From Lama guanicoe (taxonomy: Eukaryota), in contig MU054925.1 in the NCBI GenBank assembly GCA_013239625.1, positions 1,434,829 to 1,498,828 on the forward strand: 64,000 nucleotides of DNA, in the 5' to 3' direction. The notes below the pieces were generated by a model. That model made no database searches. It saw nothing but the letters and a program-made list of their open reading frames with translations, and was not told the DNA's origin. Position 1 is the first letter of the stretch; each line of letters starts with the position of its first letter. Below are positions 14,201 through 31,499 of the stretch, piece by piece. The translations under genes and the position numbers were made by a program.

Positions 14201-15759
14201 AATCCACCCTCTCCCCCACAGTAACCTGAGCCCTGAGCCCAGGTATAGGCTCTAGGACAGGTCTGAGAGGAAGTAAGTCAAAGGTCCTTGCACCGTGGGG
14301 GGGACACCGTGACCCAGGCCCATCCTTCCCTGAGCCTGCCAGTCCTGTCCTTCCTTACATGACTGCCTTGGGCCCCTGTGCTGTCCCTGAAAGAGGCCCT
14401 TCCTCTTAAGTACAGTCTGGCATGGGGACTCACTTCCTTCTGGAAAGGAAGCAAATCCCTCTGAGATTCTCACTGTGGAGCATAGAAAGCTGGAGAAATC
14501 CGGGGACAATCCCATTTCGAGACGGGAAGGTTCTGCACAACCATGGAAGGCTTCCTGCAGGAAGCACCAAAGGTGGGAGGAATCTGGTTGGATGAGGCCA
14601 GGCCTGGCACATTGCCAAGAGGTCTGGAGTTGGGGGCAAGGGACTGTTTCTGGGGAGAGTAGGGGTGTAAGTCTTAGAACTTTGTTCTGCCTGGGCCCAT
14701 AGAACCCCTGTCCTCACCGGCTTCTCAAGCCACCCTTTGTTCAGTACTAGTTCTTTGGGCTCATGTCACAAACACTCACAGTCCAGGGCTCCAGGTGGCC
14801 AGACCATGAGAGTTGTTTGCTCTTGTCCTGGTGCCTGCTGCTCTAGCAAGTAGCCTTGGATCCCCAGACAAATGGAAAAACTGAAACACAACAGGACAGG
14901 CTGGGTGGTTCATGGTCTCTGTGTAGGGGTGGGGAAGGTTTTTGAGCTGAACTGAGTGCACCCGGAAAGTCTGGGCTGAGTAGGTTGCAGGGACTCAGTG
15001 TGAGGGGAAAAATGTTTTGGGGGAGTGGCTGGCTGCAAGAGAGGTACAGTGTTGCCATCTGTGTGCACTGCAACCTGGGGTGGATGTGCAGCCTATACCG
15101 TAGCAGGATAGGGGCGCTGCTGGAAGATGTTCTAGTGCAGACATGGCCAGGGAGCCAGGCGCCACTTGGAGTAGATGAAATGGGCTGGTGGCTTGCCAAA
15201 AACTTAGAACTCATTCCATTCACTTAATTTTTACTGAGTATCTACTATGTGCCCTGTGCATTCTCAGTCTGGTGGGTGGAGGGCTGGACTTTGGATAAGA
15301 AGACAGATGCAGGATGGGGGCGCTTTAGAGGACCAGGCGGGGCTTCTGGGGGCCAAAGGGATGGACCAGCTGCTGGGGCAGGAGGGGCTTTCCGGCCAGC
15401 GACCTGGGGTGGCTTGGTTTTGAATTTCCGCTCTGCGGGCCACGTCCTGTACACAGCCTCTCAGCCGGCACGTCTGCACACGTGCGTGGCCGCTGAGGAC
15501 AGGGTCACTTCGACTGACTGTCATCTCAGTGTATGTTTCCCATTGTGCAAGCAGAAAAATGATGGGTGCTGAACTCTGGGGCTCTGGGCTTTGTGGCCCT
15601 AGTGGGCTCAGTTCTACCCTCTAGATGTCTTGCGTCTGGCTAATGGGGGCATAACCTGCCCTTGTAGGAACATGGAAATGCTGTGGCAACCCTGCAGTGC
15701 CCACTGGGCCTGCCACCCCCCTCAACTGAACCTCTGGCTCCCTCTCCGCGTCTTGTTCC

Positions 15760-16082
15760 CTCTGGGACACTGTCTTTCACTGGCTGTCTCTTGCCGTCTC
15801 TTGCTGTCTCATTGTCTCTTTCTCCATCTGGCTATCTCTAACTGGTTGGCCATCTCTGTCTCTGTCTCTCACCGATCTGATTGTCTCTTTCTGTCTCCTT
15901 GTCTGAGTGTCTACCCACCAATATTTTTCTCTGTTTGCGTCTCTCTGTATCCATCTGCATTTCTTTCTCTCCCCGTGCCTCTGTCTGTCTCTTGGTCTGC
16001 ATCAGTATGCATGGACACATGTGTGTATGTTTTCTCTCCCTGTCTCTCTCTTCCCTCCCTCTGCCTCTCTCTGTTTCTTCCT
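15760..16082. repeat. TC/CTGT-rich low-complexity tract
   Basis: Repeated tctctg/ctgtct units. Confidence 0.8.
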
Positions 16083-18169
16083 GACATTGGATGGCGCCTC
16101 TCCCCAGGCTGACCTTGCCTTTAGCATCCCCATCAGGGTCTCCAATGAGTCCTGAGCTGCCCTGGGCCCCTGCTCCAGCTTTCTTTGGGGCCAGAAGTCC
16201 GGCTGTCCAAATATTTGGCCGCCTCCAGGGGATTCCGGGTCAGTAGGAAGGAGGATTGGCTGGCTGGCTCGGGGTCTCCCCTGCCCCTGGGGGGCCACAG
16301 GCACGTGATGTCCTGTCCTTTGCCTCAGCTGGGCCTCGGGCTGCACGTCCTTCTCAGCAGGCTGGCAGTGGAAGGAGAGGGCTGCTGCAGGCTCTGGCCA
16401 GGTCTTGAGCCAAGAGGTTCCAACTGCCGCTTCCACTGGGGGCGATCTGAGCAAGGAGGGTCCAGAGTTGGGCAGGAGGGAAGGCCTAGGTGTCTGGGGA
16501 TAGGCCCAATGCTACACATCTGTTAGGTGTTTAGAAAATGTACCCTGTCACAGGAAAGTCCATCTTCCGGTCCCAGCTGGGGTCCTCAGATCCTCCTAGA
16601 CACTTCCGGATGCCCAGAACACAGAAGCACGTGGCCAGGGAGCTAGGGGATGAGGATTGTTGTGGCCAACACATCAGCGTTCTGCACCATTTTCCTTTCC
16701 CTGGACGTGCCCCGTCCTGCATGCACCCCCTCAGTACTAGCCAGGTGTCGGCCACACACGAGCCACTTACTCAGTGTTGTTGACAGTGGGGGAATGGTGG
16801 ATGGAAGACTGGATCTGCCGAGGTTGGATCTGGAGTTGTGGTTCAGGGGAAGGGGCAAGGGGTTTGCTTTAGTTCTCTCCCCTGTTCTGCACACCCTCCC
16901 ACATGCCCTATCCCTAGACCCCTGACCTCAGCAATCAGCTCTGCACCAATCCCTGTTGCTGTGCCTTGAGAACATACAGTCCAGCCATGTCCATTGAATC
17001 CAGTTCCCCTGTTGACTGATAGCTTCTCCAAGGGGGTTGTTTTCCTTCTGAAGCCTGGAGAAGCAGGTGGGCAAAGGGATGCTGGTCTGGGGAGGGCATC
17101 TTCTCTCAGCCAACAAGGGGATTGGTAAAGATGGGTGAGCTAGACCTGGGGCCAGCCCCAGGGATAACCACAAAGAACCCTTAAACCAGGCCAGCTGCCT
17201 CTCCCCTGAGATCTGGGCTGAGGTAAGGGCTACCCAGGCACAGGAAGCCAGGGGCCATAGCAGCAAGCTCTGTGGGGTCTGTGCCTCCATCAGCCCATGT
17301 GGCCACAGGATGGAGGGAAGGACAGTGTGGATGGCTTCCTGTAGCCAGCATGCTGCTGCAGACCCACTTCATCCCTCAGCACTGGGAAGGAAAGCTGGGC
17401 TCAGAGCCCTGGTGGATCCAAGGACCTTGATGCAGAGACAGAGAGGTGTGCTTCCATAGCAGCTGACACAAGCAGTGGCCCCATGGTGGCCTGGATTCCT
17501 GGGCCTCAAAATCTTTAATTAGCCAAACTCAACGCCTGCCGAGGAGGTGTGCCTGACGAGTTCTCACCCTGTGATGTCTGCGTGGGTGGATGTTACCTAT
17601 TGCACGATCCCTGTGGCGCCTGGCCCCTCCTGGCCTTTATCTAGCAGCAGAGCAAACAGGCCCCAGGACAGTGGCCTGGGTCATCGATTTACTGTCCAAA
17701 TGCATGCTACACCCAGGATAGGTGCTATTCTGATGATCTGCCCAAGGTCGCTGTGATCTCCCCACTCCAGAGCTTGGCTCCTCTCTCGGGGCGAAGGCTT
17801 CAGGGAGGCTCCTTACTCTGTTCCCTCCTTTGGCCAAACTTCACAGAATTCCTAGAGGACAGGAGGACACTGAGGTCCCGAGTGGGGAATACTTTGCCCA
17901 TAGTCATGTGGGGATGCAGAGCCAGGCCAGGCCTCAGACCCAGAGTGGTGACTCTGGGCTTTCCCCATAGTGGGTCAGGATCTGCTGGTGAGTTTCCTCA
18001 GACAGGGACTATCCCCTGAGTCTGCGCTGATATCTGGTGCAAAGGAGCCTGGGAAGTGGCAAATCTGAGATGAGAACTGTCAAAACTGGGCTGCAAGCCT
18101 CGGGGAATGGCTGAGGGTCTGCATGCCAGGCCAACACCAATCTCTATCCTGGCCCCCTAGTCCTTAGCC

Positions 18170-18410
18170 CTGCCTTAGACTGAAGTACAGACTCCTTGAC
18201 CTGGCCTTCAAGGCCCTATCAGGCTTATCTATGGCCATGGAATCTTCATTCTCTCCTCACAGCCTGCCTCATACCACATCTCAGGGCCTTTGCCCATGTT
18301 GTGCCCTCAGGTACTCTTTCCTTTTCCATACCTTGGGGGCTCCTACTGGAATTTCATTACTGGCTCCATCACCTCCTCCTCCAGGAAACCTTCCTTGCTG
18401 CTTCTCTCAC
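18170..18410 (+). mobile_element. LINE-2 fragment
   Basis: actccttgacctggccttcaaggccct and tcagggcctttgcccatgttgtgccctc are typical L2 motifs. Confidence 0.6.
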
Positions 18411-18429
18411 TCTCTTTTTTTTTTTTTTT

Positions 18430-18589
18430 NNNNNNNNNNNNNNNNNNNNNNNNNNNNNNNNNNNNNNNNNNNNNNNNNNNNNNNNNNNNNNNNNNNNNNN
18501 NNNNNNNNNNNNNNNNNNNNNNNNNNNNNNNNNNNNNNNNNNNNNNNNNNNNNNNNNNNNNNNNNNNNNNNNNNNNNNNNNNNNNNNNN
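18430..18589. other. assembly gap (160 N) flanked by poly-T on both sides
   Basis: Seen directly. Confidence 0.95.
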
Positions 18590-20184
18590 TTTTTTTTTTT
18601 TTTTTTTTTTTTTTGAGTCCCAGCACTGTGGCTCACACACAGTTACAACAGGAGCCATAGGATGGGAGTTGCGTGTTGGGATTTTGTCCCTTTCAGACTA
18701 GAAGCCACTTGAGGAAGAATATTCCATGTCCTCTCTGGAATCTCAGGCCAGCCTGAAGCCTAGCCGTGACTGGTCATGAGTTATAGACAGGATCTGAAGG
18801 TCTAGGCCCAGGTCCCTCTGGGGGGATGGGGAACCTGGAGCGAGGACCTCAGGTACCTTGGCCATGACCATGCCATGGGCTGTGGTCTCCCTGGAGACAG
18901 TGCTTGGCTGCTAGGGAAGAATATTAAGGGAGAGAAAAGTGCTTTGTCCAGGCTGCCAATTCAGCACACTCTCAGGGCCTGTCCCAGCCTGCCCAGGGCA
19001 GGAGGCCCGGCAAGGGCAACCCCAGCTGAGAGCCAGGGGGCAGTCTGGAGTGACTCTGGAGACTAGGTCTGGTATCCTTGGAGAGATACTGTAGGTGAGG
19101 CTCAGGGCAGGGACATGAAAAAAACAGGCTGACCTTAGGGATTCTGGTCAAGGAAAAGAGGGCATGAGAAGAGATGCTCAAATTGTTATGGTCCTGAGTG
19201 GACAGGACTGGAGGGCTAAAGCTGACCAAGGAAGGCCCTGAGTTCCTGACCTGGGTCCCCTGGAAGTGGGGAATCTGCTCAAAGGGTGGGCATCTAAGGG
19301 TGGAGGTTCCCCAGCAGGGGAGGAGAGGCTGAAAGAGAACATGGCCCCGAGGCCAGAGCTGTGTGGAGGGTGAGGCCTATGTGGCCCAGGGAGCGGGCCT
19401 CAGGACACCCATTTCCTGGAAGGCCCCCTGAGGGCCCTTCTCAGCCAGGCGGGCAGGGCCCAGGTGTCCAGCCACCCAGCACCGCCTCAGGCCTCCTGGC
19501 TCCAGGGGGGGGGGTAGCCTCTGCGCCTGCCGTTCCCAGCGCCAGCTCTCAGCCCACAGAGGGCCCTTTGTTCTGGCTGCCAGCAAAGCCCGCCGGGCGG
19601 CTGGGAACAGGGCCCACAGCCCTCACCCTCTCCCGAGGCCTCCAGCCGTCGGGTAGTGCCATTCTAGGTTGGCTCGGAGGCCCCTGGCACACGGGGCCGG
19701 CACAGGAAACTGTCTCCCAGCACTCATGTCAGGGAGAGGGAGTCAGTCCCAGGCCCATCCCGAGTGGGGTCTGGAGGCCTGACACTCAGCATCCTGGGAT
19801 CCTGGTGCCACTGGGCTCTGAACTCAGATCATCCAACAGACCCTTACTTCACAGATGGGTAAACTGAAGTCCCTCGCCTGGGCTGGTATGTGAGTGTGGT
19901 GGGGGCAGCACAAGCTACTGGCTGAGGTGTCCCCTCAGGATGTCCTGGAGAACTCATGTATTCAAGCTCTATCCGCCAGTGGCAGGTTCCAGGGGGCAGC
20001 AGGCAGAGGTGCATGCGCATGTATGTCCCGAGTGGACTTCTGGGAGGTGTGTTACAGCTGCACACTTCCTGTGGGAGTCTGGGCCATGGGCCCAAGGCAT
20101 GAGGGTAACCAGAGGGACTGTCTGCTCTGTGACTTCTGACTGTGTCAGTGTAAGAGCTAGTGTTCCGGTGGTGGTCCCCGAGCC

Positions 20185-25670
<5,486 letters not shown>

Positions 25671-26650
25671 GATGACCCCCCCATCCTATTCGGTCTACTC
25701 ACCCTAGTCCCCTTGCCCAGACTCTTCAGCACCTGCTCCCATCCAGTGGCCAGTCAGGTGGAGGAGAAAGATGTGGTGAATGCTATGGCATTTGGCCCTG
25801 TCCCACGTCCTTTCTGTCGAGGTTTTTGTTAGAGCCAGGACCAAGGCCCTTGGGCCACTGCCCTGCTGAACTCCTGGGATACAGGGGCTTCCTGAGCTGG
25901 GAGCAGGGCAGGGCTGTACCGCTGCTCCCTTCCTGTTGCCTCAGATCCCACCCAAGCCCCTTAGCCTCTTTGCACAGGTGTAGACACTGAGGTCACACCA
26001 CCTGTAGGGGCACATAGAGCTGAACCAGGTCTGTGGTCACCCCCCTACTTTGTTGCTGGGGCCTCATCTCCCTCGGCCCTCTTGCCTTTCCTCCTTCTGT
26101 CCCCGAGGCCCCTTTCAGGCATTTGGGTTCAGGCCCTTGGATACTCTAGTCCCCTTCTCCCATTCCTCCACCAGGAGCAGACCTCATCACCTTAGACCTG
26201 GGGCCAGCAGGTTCTTTTGAGGGTTTGCCTGGTTTGGGCGCCCCCAAGGGACCCCTGCCCTGGCCCTTCCCCAGTCCTGGGGAGGCTGGGACTCCCCCCA
26301 CCCCAAGCCCGGGCCGTAGCTCACATTCCACTGCTGGGAGAAGAAAGAGGCTGGGGCCCAGAGCGTCTCTGTCCCTGGGAGCTAAAGACCCCAGGTGCCA
26401 GTCTAGGGCAGGGGTGGAGATGCTGGCAGCCCCCTTTTATAAATATTATACATGAGACCAACTGTGTTCTACATTCTTGAGCTCCATGGTCCCTGAGTTC
26501 CTGGGAAGTGGGGTGGGGGGTCAGGACGTGGATGGGGATGGAAGGCCGTCCTGCCTCTTTTCCTGGGTTGAGGGTGGGGACAGGGTGAGTCCCCTGCTGC
26601 ACCCTGCCCCCTGCCTCCCAAACCAACCAGGGCGTGCTCAGACCCAGCTC

Positions 26651-26798
26651 NNNNNNNNNNNNNNNNNNNNNNNNNNNNNNNNNNNNNNNNNNNNNNNNNN
26701 NNNNNNNNNNNNNNNNNNNNNNNNNNNNNNNNNNNNNNNNNNNNNNNNNNNNNNNNNNNNNNNNNNNNNNNNNNNNNNNNNNNNNNNNNNNNNNNNNN
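26651..26798. other. assembly gap (148 N) in the SLC38A3 3' UTR region
   Basis: Seen directly. Confidence 0.95.
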
Positions 26799-26945
26799 CA
26801 GGAGGCAGCTGAGCCCTGTGGAAGGGCCCCCTGCCCTCCCTGGCTGCCACGTCAACTCTCTGTCAGTGCTTCGAGTCTGGGGACAAAAGTCCAGGGATCT
26901 TATGCCCTGTCAGGCTAACTTGTTATTAATAGTAAAACTGCTGCG

Positions 26946-26951
26946 AATAAA
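26946..26951 (+). terminator. SLC38A3: polyadenylation signal AATAAA (likely SLC38A3)
   Basis: AATAAA preceded by variant AGTAAA (26931-26936) and followed by GT-rich sequence. Confidence 0.7.
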
Positions 26952-28276
26952 GGTGGGTTACTGAGTGCCTGTATGTGGGGCCTGAGTTTTGAGTCGGGGA
27001 GTCCAATGCAGGGCAAGAGCTGCAAGGACGCAGGGCAGCCCAGGTGCCTGGCCCGGGTGGGACTGGGAAGCTGCCCGCTGCCTGGGGCAAGCCTGAATCA
27101 GCCAGGACCCAGCAGGACAGAGCTGCCCAGGCCTTGGCATCAAACCCTCATTAGGAGAGACCCCGCACCCGGCTAGGCCGCCGGGGAAAGGACAGCAGGA
27201 AAAATCCAGTTTGAACTGGCAGGGCAGCTGCCAGCTTGAGAAACCCCTGAAGAAAGAACTCCTCAAACTGGAGGCTGCGAGGCCCATGGGAGTGCCAGCT
27301 GATCAGAGGGGGGCTTCCTGAGTCTGGTTCTCATCAGCCCCAGGCGCCTGACTCCAGCCTGGGGACTCACACAGAAGCCCCGTGGCCCCAGAAAAGAGCT
27401 GGACACCGGCCTAGAGGTGGCCGCAGCCCAGAGTGCCCCTGGCATGAGGGGCTGCCGTTTGGGGGTCTCTGGCTCCTTCCTCACCAGACGAGGCCACAGC
27501 TCTGCCTGAGCCGCTTGGCTCCCAGGGAGTAGGAGGTAATCAAGGGCAGGGTCCACCCTGCCAACAGTCCCTGGGGGTCTTTTCTCATACTCCCTCCATC
27601 CAAAGACTGCTGCAGGTCAGAGCAGCAGCAGGACTGCCTGGAGTCTTTCAAGACCCCAGGCCTGGCTTCAGGCCTCTCAGACCAGGGGGATGTGCTGAGA
27701 GTCGCTCTCCCCTCCCCCGACTCTCCCACATACACACAGCTGGGGTGGAGGAAGGACCCTGACCCCAGAGGCCATCTCTGCCTGCCCAGCAAGGTCTCCG
27801 CCAGACTGACGGGTGGACAGCAGGCCCTAGGGGTGCGGGAGGAGGGCAGGCAATGTGGCCAAAAGGCAGGTGCCCACAAGACTGTTTGAAAATGAACCTC
27901 CCATGTCCCTGGCTGTCAAGTTCCAGCCATTTCAGCCTCCATGAGGATGGGTCTGCAAGTCCTTGGTCATTGCTAAGGAATTTTTATGTTTTGAAGAATT
28001 TCCAAGCTCTTTTTTCTTCTTTTTTGCTTTTTAAAATTTGCTCTGAAGAAAAAAAATTTTAATCTGCTTGAAATAGTAAAAATTAGAGCACTTATGTCAC
28101 TTACATTTCTTTTCACCATTTTCTCAAGACTGCTTGTAACAGAAAAGTAAGACAATACAGTTCAGGTAAAGGGGCCCAAGCGTGGGCCTTGGTCTTCCTG
28201 ACCAGCAGCTGCCCCTCCTTGCACCCTTCTCACTGTGCGCACATGCACACATTCACCTCGCTCCTGAAAAGGAACT

Positions 28277-29500
28277 CATTTATTCATTCACCAAGTATTT
28301 ATGAAGTCTTCCTATGAGCCAGGCACTTCTTCAGCACCTGCACACACAGTGATGACCAGAGAGAAGATCCCTGCCTTCCTAGAACTTATATTCTTGGTGG
28401 GGGGGTTGGATTCAGACCAGAAACGTGGAACATAATCAGCAGTAACGTCATTTGTTAGAAGATGGTCAGTAGTACAGGGAGTGAAAATGGCCAGGTAAGG
28501 GCGGTGAAGACTAGGAGGGTTAGGAGGTGGGTCAGGATGGGCCTCACTGAGAAAGGGATGATTGATCAGAGATTTGGAGAGGGAGGAAGCTGGACGGATG
28601 TCTGCAGGGACTATTCCAGCCAGAGGCATCAGCCAATGCAAAGCCGTAAGGCAGAATGTGCCCAAGATGGGAGAGGAGGAGCCAAGAAGCCACTGCGGCT
28701 GATGCTGAGTGAGGCTGGAGAGGGTAGATGGGAAGAGTGGGGGCCAACAAGGGGATGTCATGGGGCCTTGTCAGCCACCATAGGACTTTTGGATTTTTCT
28801 CTGGAAGAGATGAGAACCAATGCCAGGCCCTGAACAGACGAAGGGGCAGGATCTGACTCAGTAGCAACGCTAAGTTTTAAATGGATTATTCTGGCTGCTA
28901 CATTGAGACTAGACTGTAGGGTAGGGGATGGGGTGCCAAGGGTGACACCAACACAGGACTGTTACAGTTGTTCCAGACACATCAGGTGGTTCAGCCCAGG
29001 TGGTGGCACAGAGTGGGTGAGACTCTGGGCCTGTCCTGAAGGTAAACGTGTTATCCTGATGGCTGGGTATGTATGAGGAGAAGGGCAGAGGCAAATCCAA
29101 AGTGACTCTAAGTTGCTGTATCCACAGAGGGAGGCTGGGGGAGGAGCAGGCTTGGGAGGGAGATCACTTTTACCTATGAAACATTTAAAACAACGATGGG
29201 ACATCAAAGTGGAAATGCCAAGTTTGCTGCTAGGTGTGTGACTCAAGTTCAGTAGAGTGGCCTATGCCAGAGCTTTGGATTTGGGAAGCAAAGAGAGTGG
29301 ATTGGTACTCAGAGCCGGGGCCTGGATGTGATGGGGGAAGGTGGGTTTGGAAGGAGGGCAGCACTCGGGACTGAGCCCTGGAACATTCCTCTGTTAGGAG
29401 GTAGGAGGAATGAGGTAGGACTAGTAAAGAAGCTAAGCTGGAGCAGCCAGGAGGTGGGAGGCTACCCAGGAGAATTTGGGTTCCTGGGAGCCAGGCAGGC
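28277..29500 (-). mobile_element. LINE-2 3' portion, about 1.2 kb, antisense
   Basis: Begins attcattcaccaagtatttat...gagccaggcac (reverse complement of the L2 3' tail) and continues with purine-rich L2-like blocks. Confidence 0.75.
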
Positions 29501-30111
29501 ATCTGCTGCTCAAGAAGGTGAGGGTGGAGAACAGACCACTGGGTCCAGCAATGTCTGGGACACTGAAGACTCTGACCAGGGATTTTTTTTGTGTGTGTGT
29601 GGAGGGAGGGGCAAGTCTGCCTGGAGTGGATAGAGGAGACAGGTAGGAACTGGAAAGAACAAGAGTAGACAATTTGTGTGAAGTGAGAGAAGCAAGGCTT
29701 ACAGAGGCTTTTAAAGGAAGAATGGGAAGACGACGCTTTGGAGGGTAAGAGATTGGAAGAAGCTGATGGGACGGTGGGTTGGAGGTAGGTGAAGGACTTC
29801 TGGTCCAGAGATCTGGCAATACTGAGCTGGAAGACAATAGATGGAGGTCAGATAGCAGCAGGGGTGGCCAAGCTAGGCATTGGTTGCTAGGAACATTGTG
29901 GGTCCATGATGCACCCAGGGACATCAAGGAGCATATAGAGGGTCCCAGAAGACTCATCCAGGTCTCTGCCTTGACCTCAGTTCAAAATCACCCAGCAACT
30001 GACTTTCAAACAACTTGGAACAGTAATAGGCTGCAAGTTACCTAGAAAGAAAAAGTAGCCCTGGAAAAAAATCAGGAAGAACAAATCTGCTTTCAAAACC
30101 ACACAAGCCTA

Positions 30112-30257
30112 GTGGGGAGGGTAGAGCTCAAGTGGCAGAGCATAAGCCATGCACAAGGTCCTGAATTCAATCCCCAGTACCCCTCTAAAATAAACAAACA
30201 AACAAACAAACAAACAAACAAACCTAATTACCTCCCCACAACAAAAAGGGAAAAAAC
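30112..30257 (+). mobile_element. tRNA-derived SINE, camelid Vic-1-like
   Basis: ggggagggtagagctcaagtggcagag (A box) ... gaattcaatcccc (B box), tail aaataaac(aaac)n-cctaattacctcccc; degenerate TSD aaaaccacacaagcct / aaaacccctgcaagcct. Confidence 0.85.
30192..30223. repeat. (AAAC)n microsatellite in the SINE tail
   Basis: About 8 tandem AAAC units. Confidence 0.9.
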
Positions 30258-30366
30258 CCCTGCAAGCCTGCAAACCTGCCCTGCCACGCACAGCGGGACC
30301 TCGACAGGACGACAGGAACCGCCCCCTGCCCCCGCGCTAGCCCCAGAGATCTGTATAAGGCGGTCC

Positions 30367-30433
30367 CTGCTGCCCTCTGGTGGTCAGTGGCTGGAGTCTG
30401 TGCTGTGCGGTCTCTGCTGCCCTCTGGTGGTCA
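30367..30433 (-). promoter_or_regulatory. two tandem CTCF motifs (47-bp period)
   Basis: CTGCTGCCCTCTGGTGGTCA at 30367-30386 and 30414-30433 (reverse complement TGACCACCAGAGGGCAGCAG). Confidence 0.75.
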
Positions 30434-30659
30434 ACAGCTGGAATCTGGCCTGCGCAGTGAATCACCCGACACGTTGAAGGCCGTGTGGTGGGAATGGTCA
30501 GCTATGGCTGTACGGGGTTTGGGGCCTCGAGGCTGGAAGGCAATCCAGGAAGGCTTCCTGGCTGGGGCATGAAAGGAAGGCAGGCAGGAAGGCTCTGGGC
30601 AGAAAGGGGTGAGGTCGCCAGGGAGGCGGGAGGGCAGGCCTGGTCGGGGTAAGGGCAAG

Positions 30660-31070
30660 CATTAGTCGGGACAAGAGGAGATGGCTGCGGGGAGATCGAG
30701 GAGGGGGACTCGCCTCGGCTCCCGCGCTGCGCCAAAGTCCCACTAGAGGGCGCCGCTGCCCTGTGATGCCGAGCCTCTGGAGCCGCGGAAACCCGCACTC
30801 CCGCGTAGAGAAGCACCGGAAGAGGCGGGGCGGTGCATTCAGAGGCCACTTCCGGCTTCTGCTCGACTTGGGAGGCCAGAGGGGGTGGGTTCAGAGGGGC
30901 GGTGGGGTGCCGTGGGTGCCAGAACATGGGTAGGGAGGTCAAGGACTGAGAGGGTGCGAGGGGGCTGCGGTAGACTGGGGCCGAGGGCAGGCTGTGTTGC
31001 CGCGTCGTAGGGCAGGAGTCTTAGGACCGGGGGACGGGGGGCGGGAGGCCGAAAGCGTCTGCGAGGCTGC
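30660..31070. promoter_or_regulatory. CpG-rich element with CTCF and ETS/GABP motifs; candidate distal GNAI2 promoter
   Basis: CCCACTAGAGGGCGCC at 30739-30754; CCGGAAG at about 30816 and CACTTCCGG at about 30847; GC boxes. Confidence 0.6.
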
Positions 31071-31499
31071 ACCCTTTGTAGCTCTCGGCCCCACACCTAA
31101 GCCTCTGGCCTTTTCCCTTGTGAAATACAGTCCTGGAGTTCGTGGGAGGCTTGGCGCTGCCCAAGACCTGCGGACAGGGCAACGAAGACTTCCCTGCGAT
31201 GGAGAAATGGGAAAGCAACTCCAGCAGGGGAGTGGAAAGGTGCACAGAGATGGGGAAGCAGCTACAGGCTCCTGGGGAACCTTTTAGACCTATTTTCTTT
31301 AAGTATCTGAACAATGTGCATTTGGAGAAGAGGCCAAGCCTGCGGAGAAGGCTAAAAGGGGACTAGTCAGCCCAAACCTACTGGAGGAAACAAGCTCAGT
31401 CCAGTTACATATGCCCTTCCCTGCCCCTCAGCAGAGGATGTGGGAGAGATCTTTCTCCATAGGCTTTAGTCTCTCACTCTCACCTCCTGCACCACATGG

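Noticed and set aside
27970-28180. AT-rich patch, possibly an old DNA-transposon fragment
   Set aside because: Could not assign a family or termini from the sequence alone.
30112-30182. tRNA-like A/B boxes (also 31697-31770)
   Set aside because: SINE heads with A-rich tails and target-site duplications; no full cloverleaf.
30360-30447. Repeat-spacer-repeat pattern superficially like CRISPR
   Set aside because: Only two units, eukaryotic context, no cas genes; explained as duplicated CTCF motifs.
30684-30732. Short hairpin resembling the recalled human MIR5787 locus (gcctcggctcccgcgc)
   Set aside because: Stem is only about 14 bp and the 5' arm differs; more likely promoter-derived GC sequence than a real miRNA.
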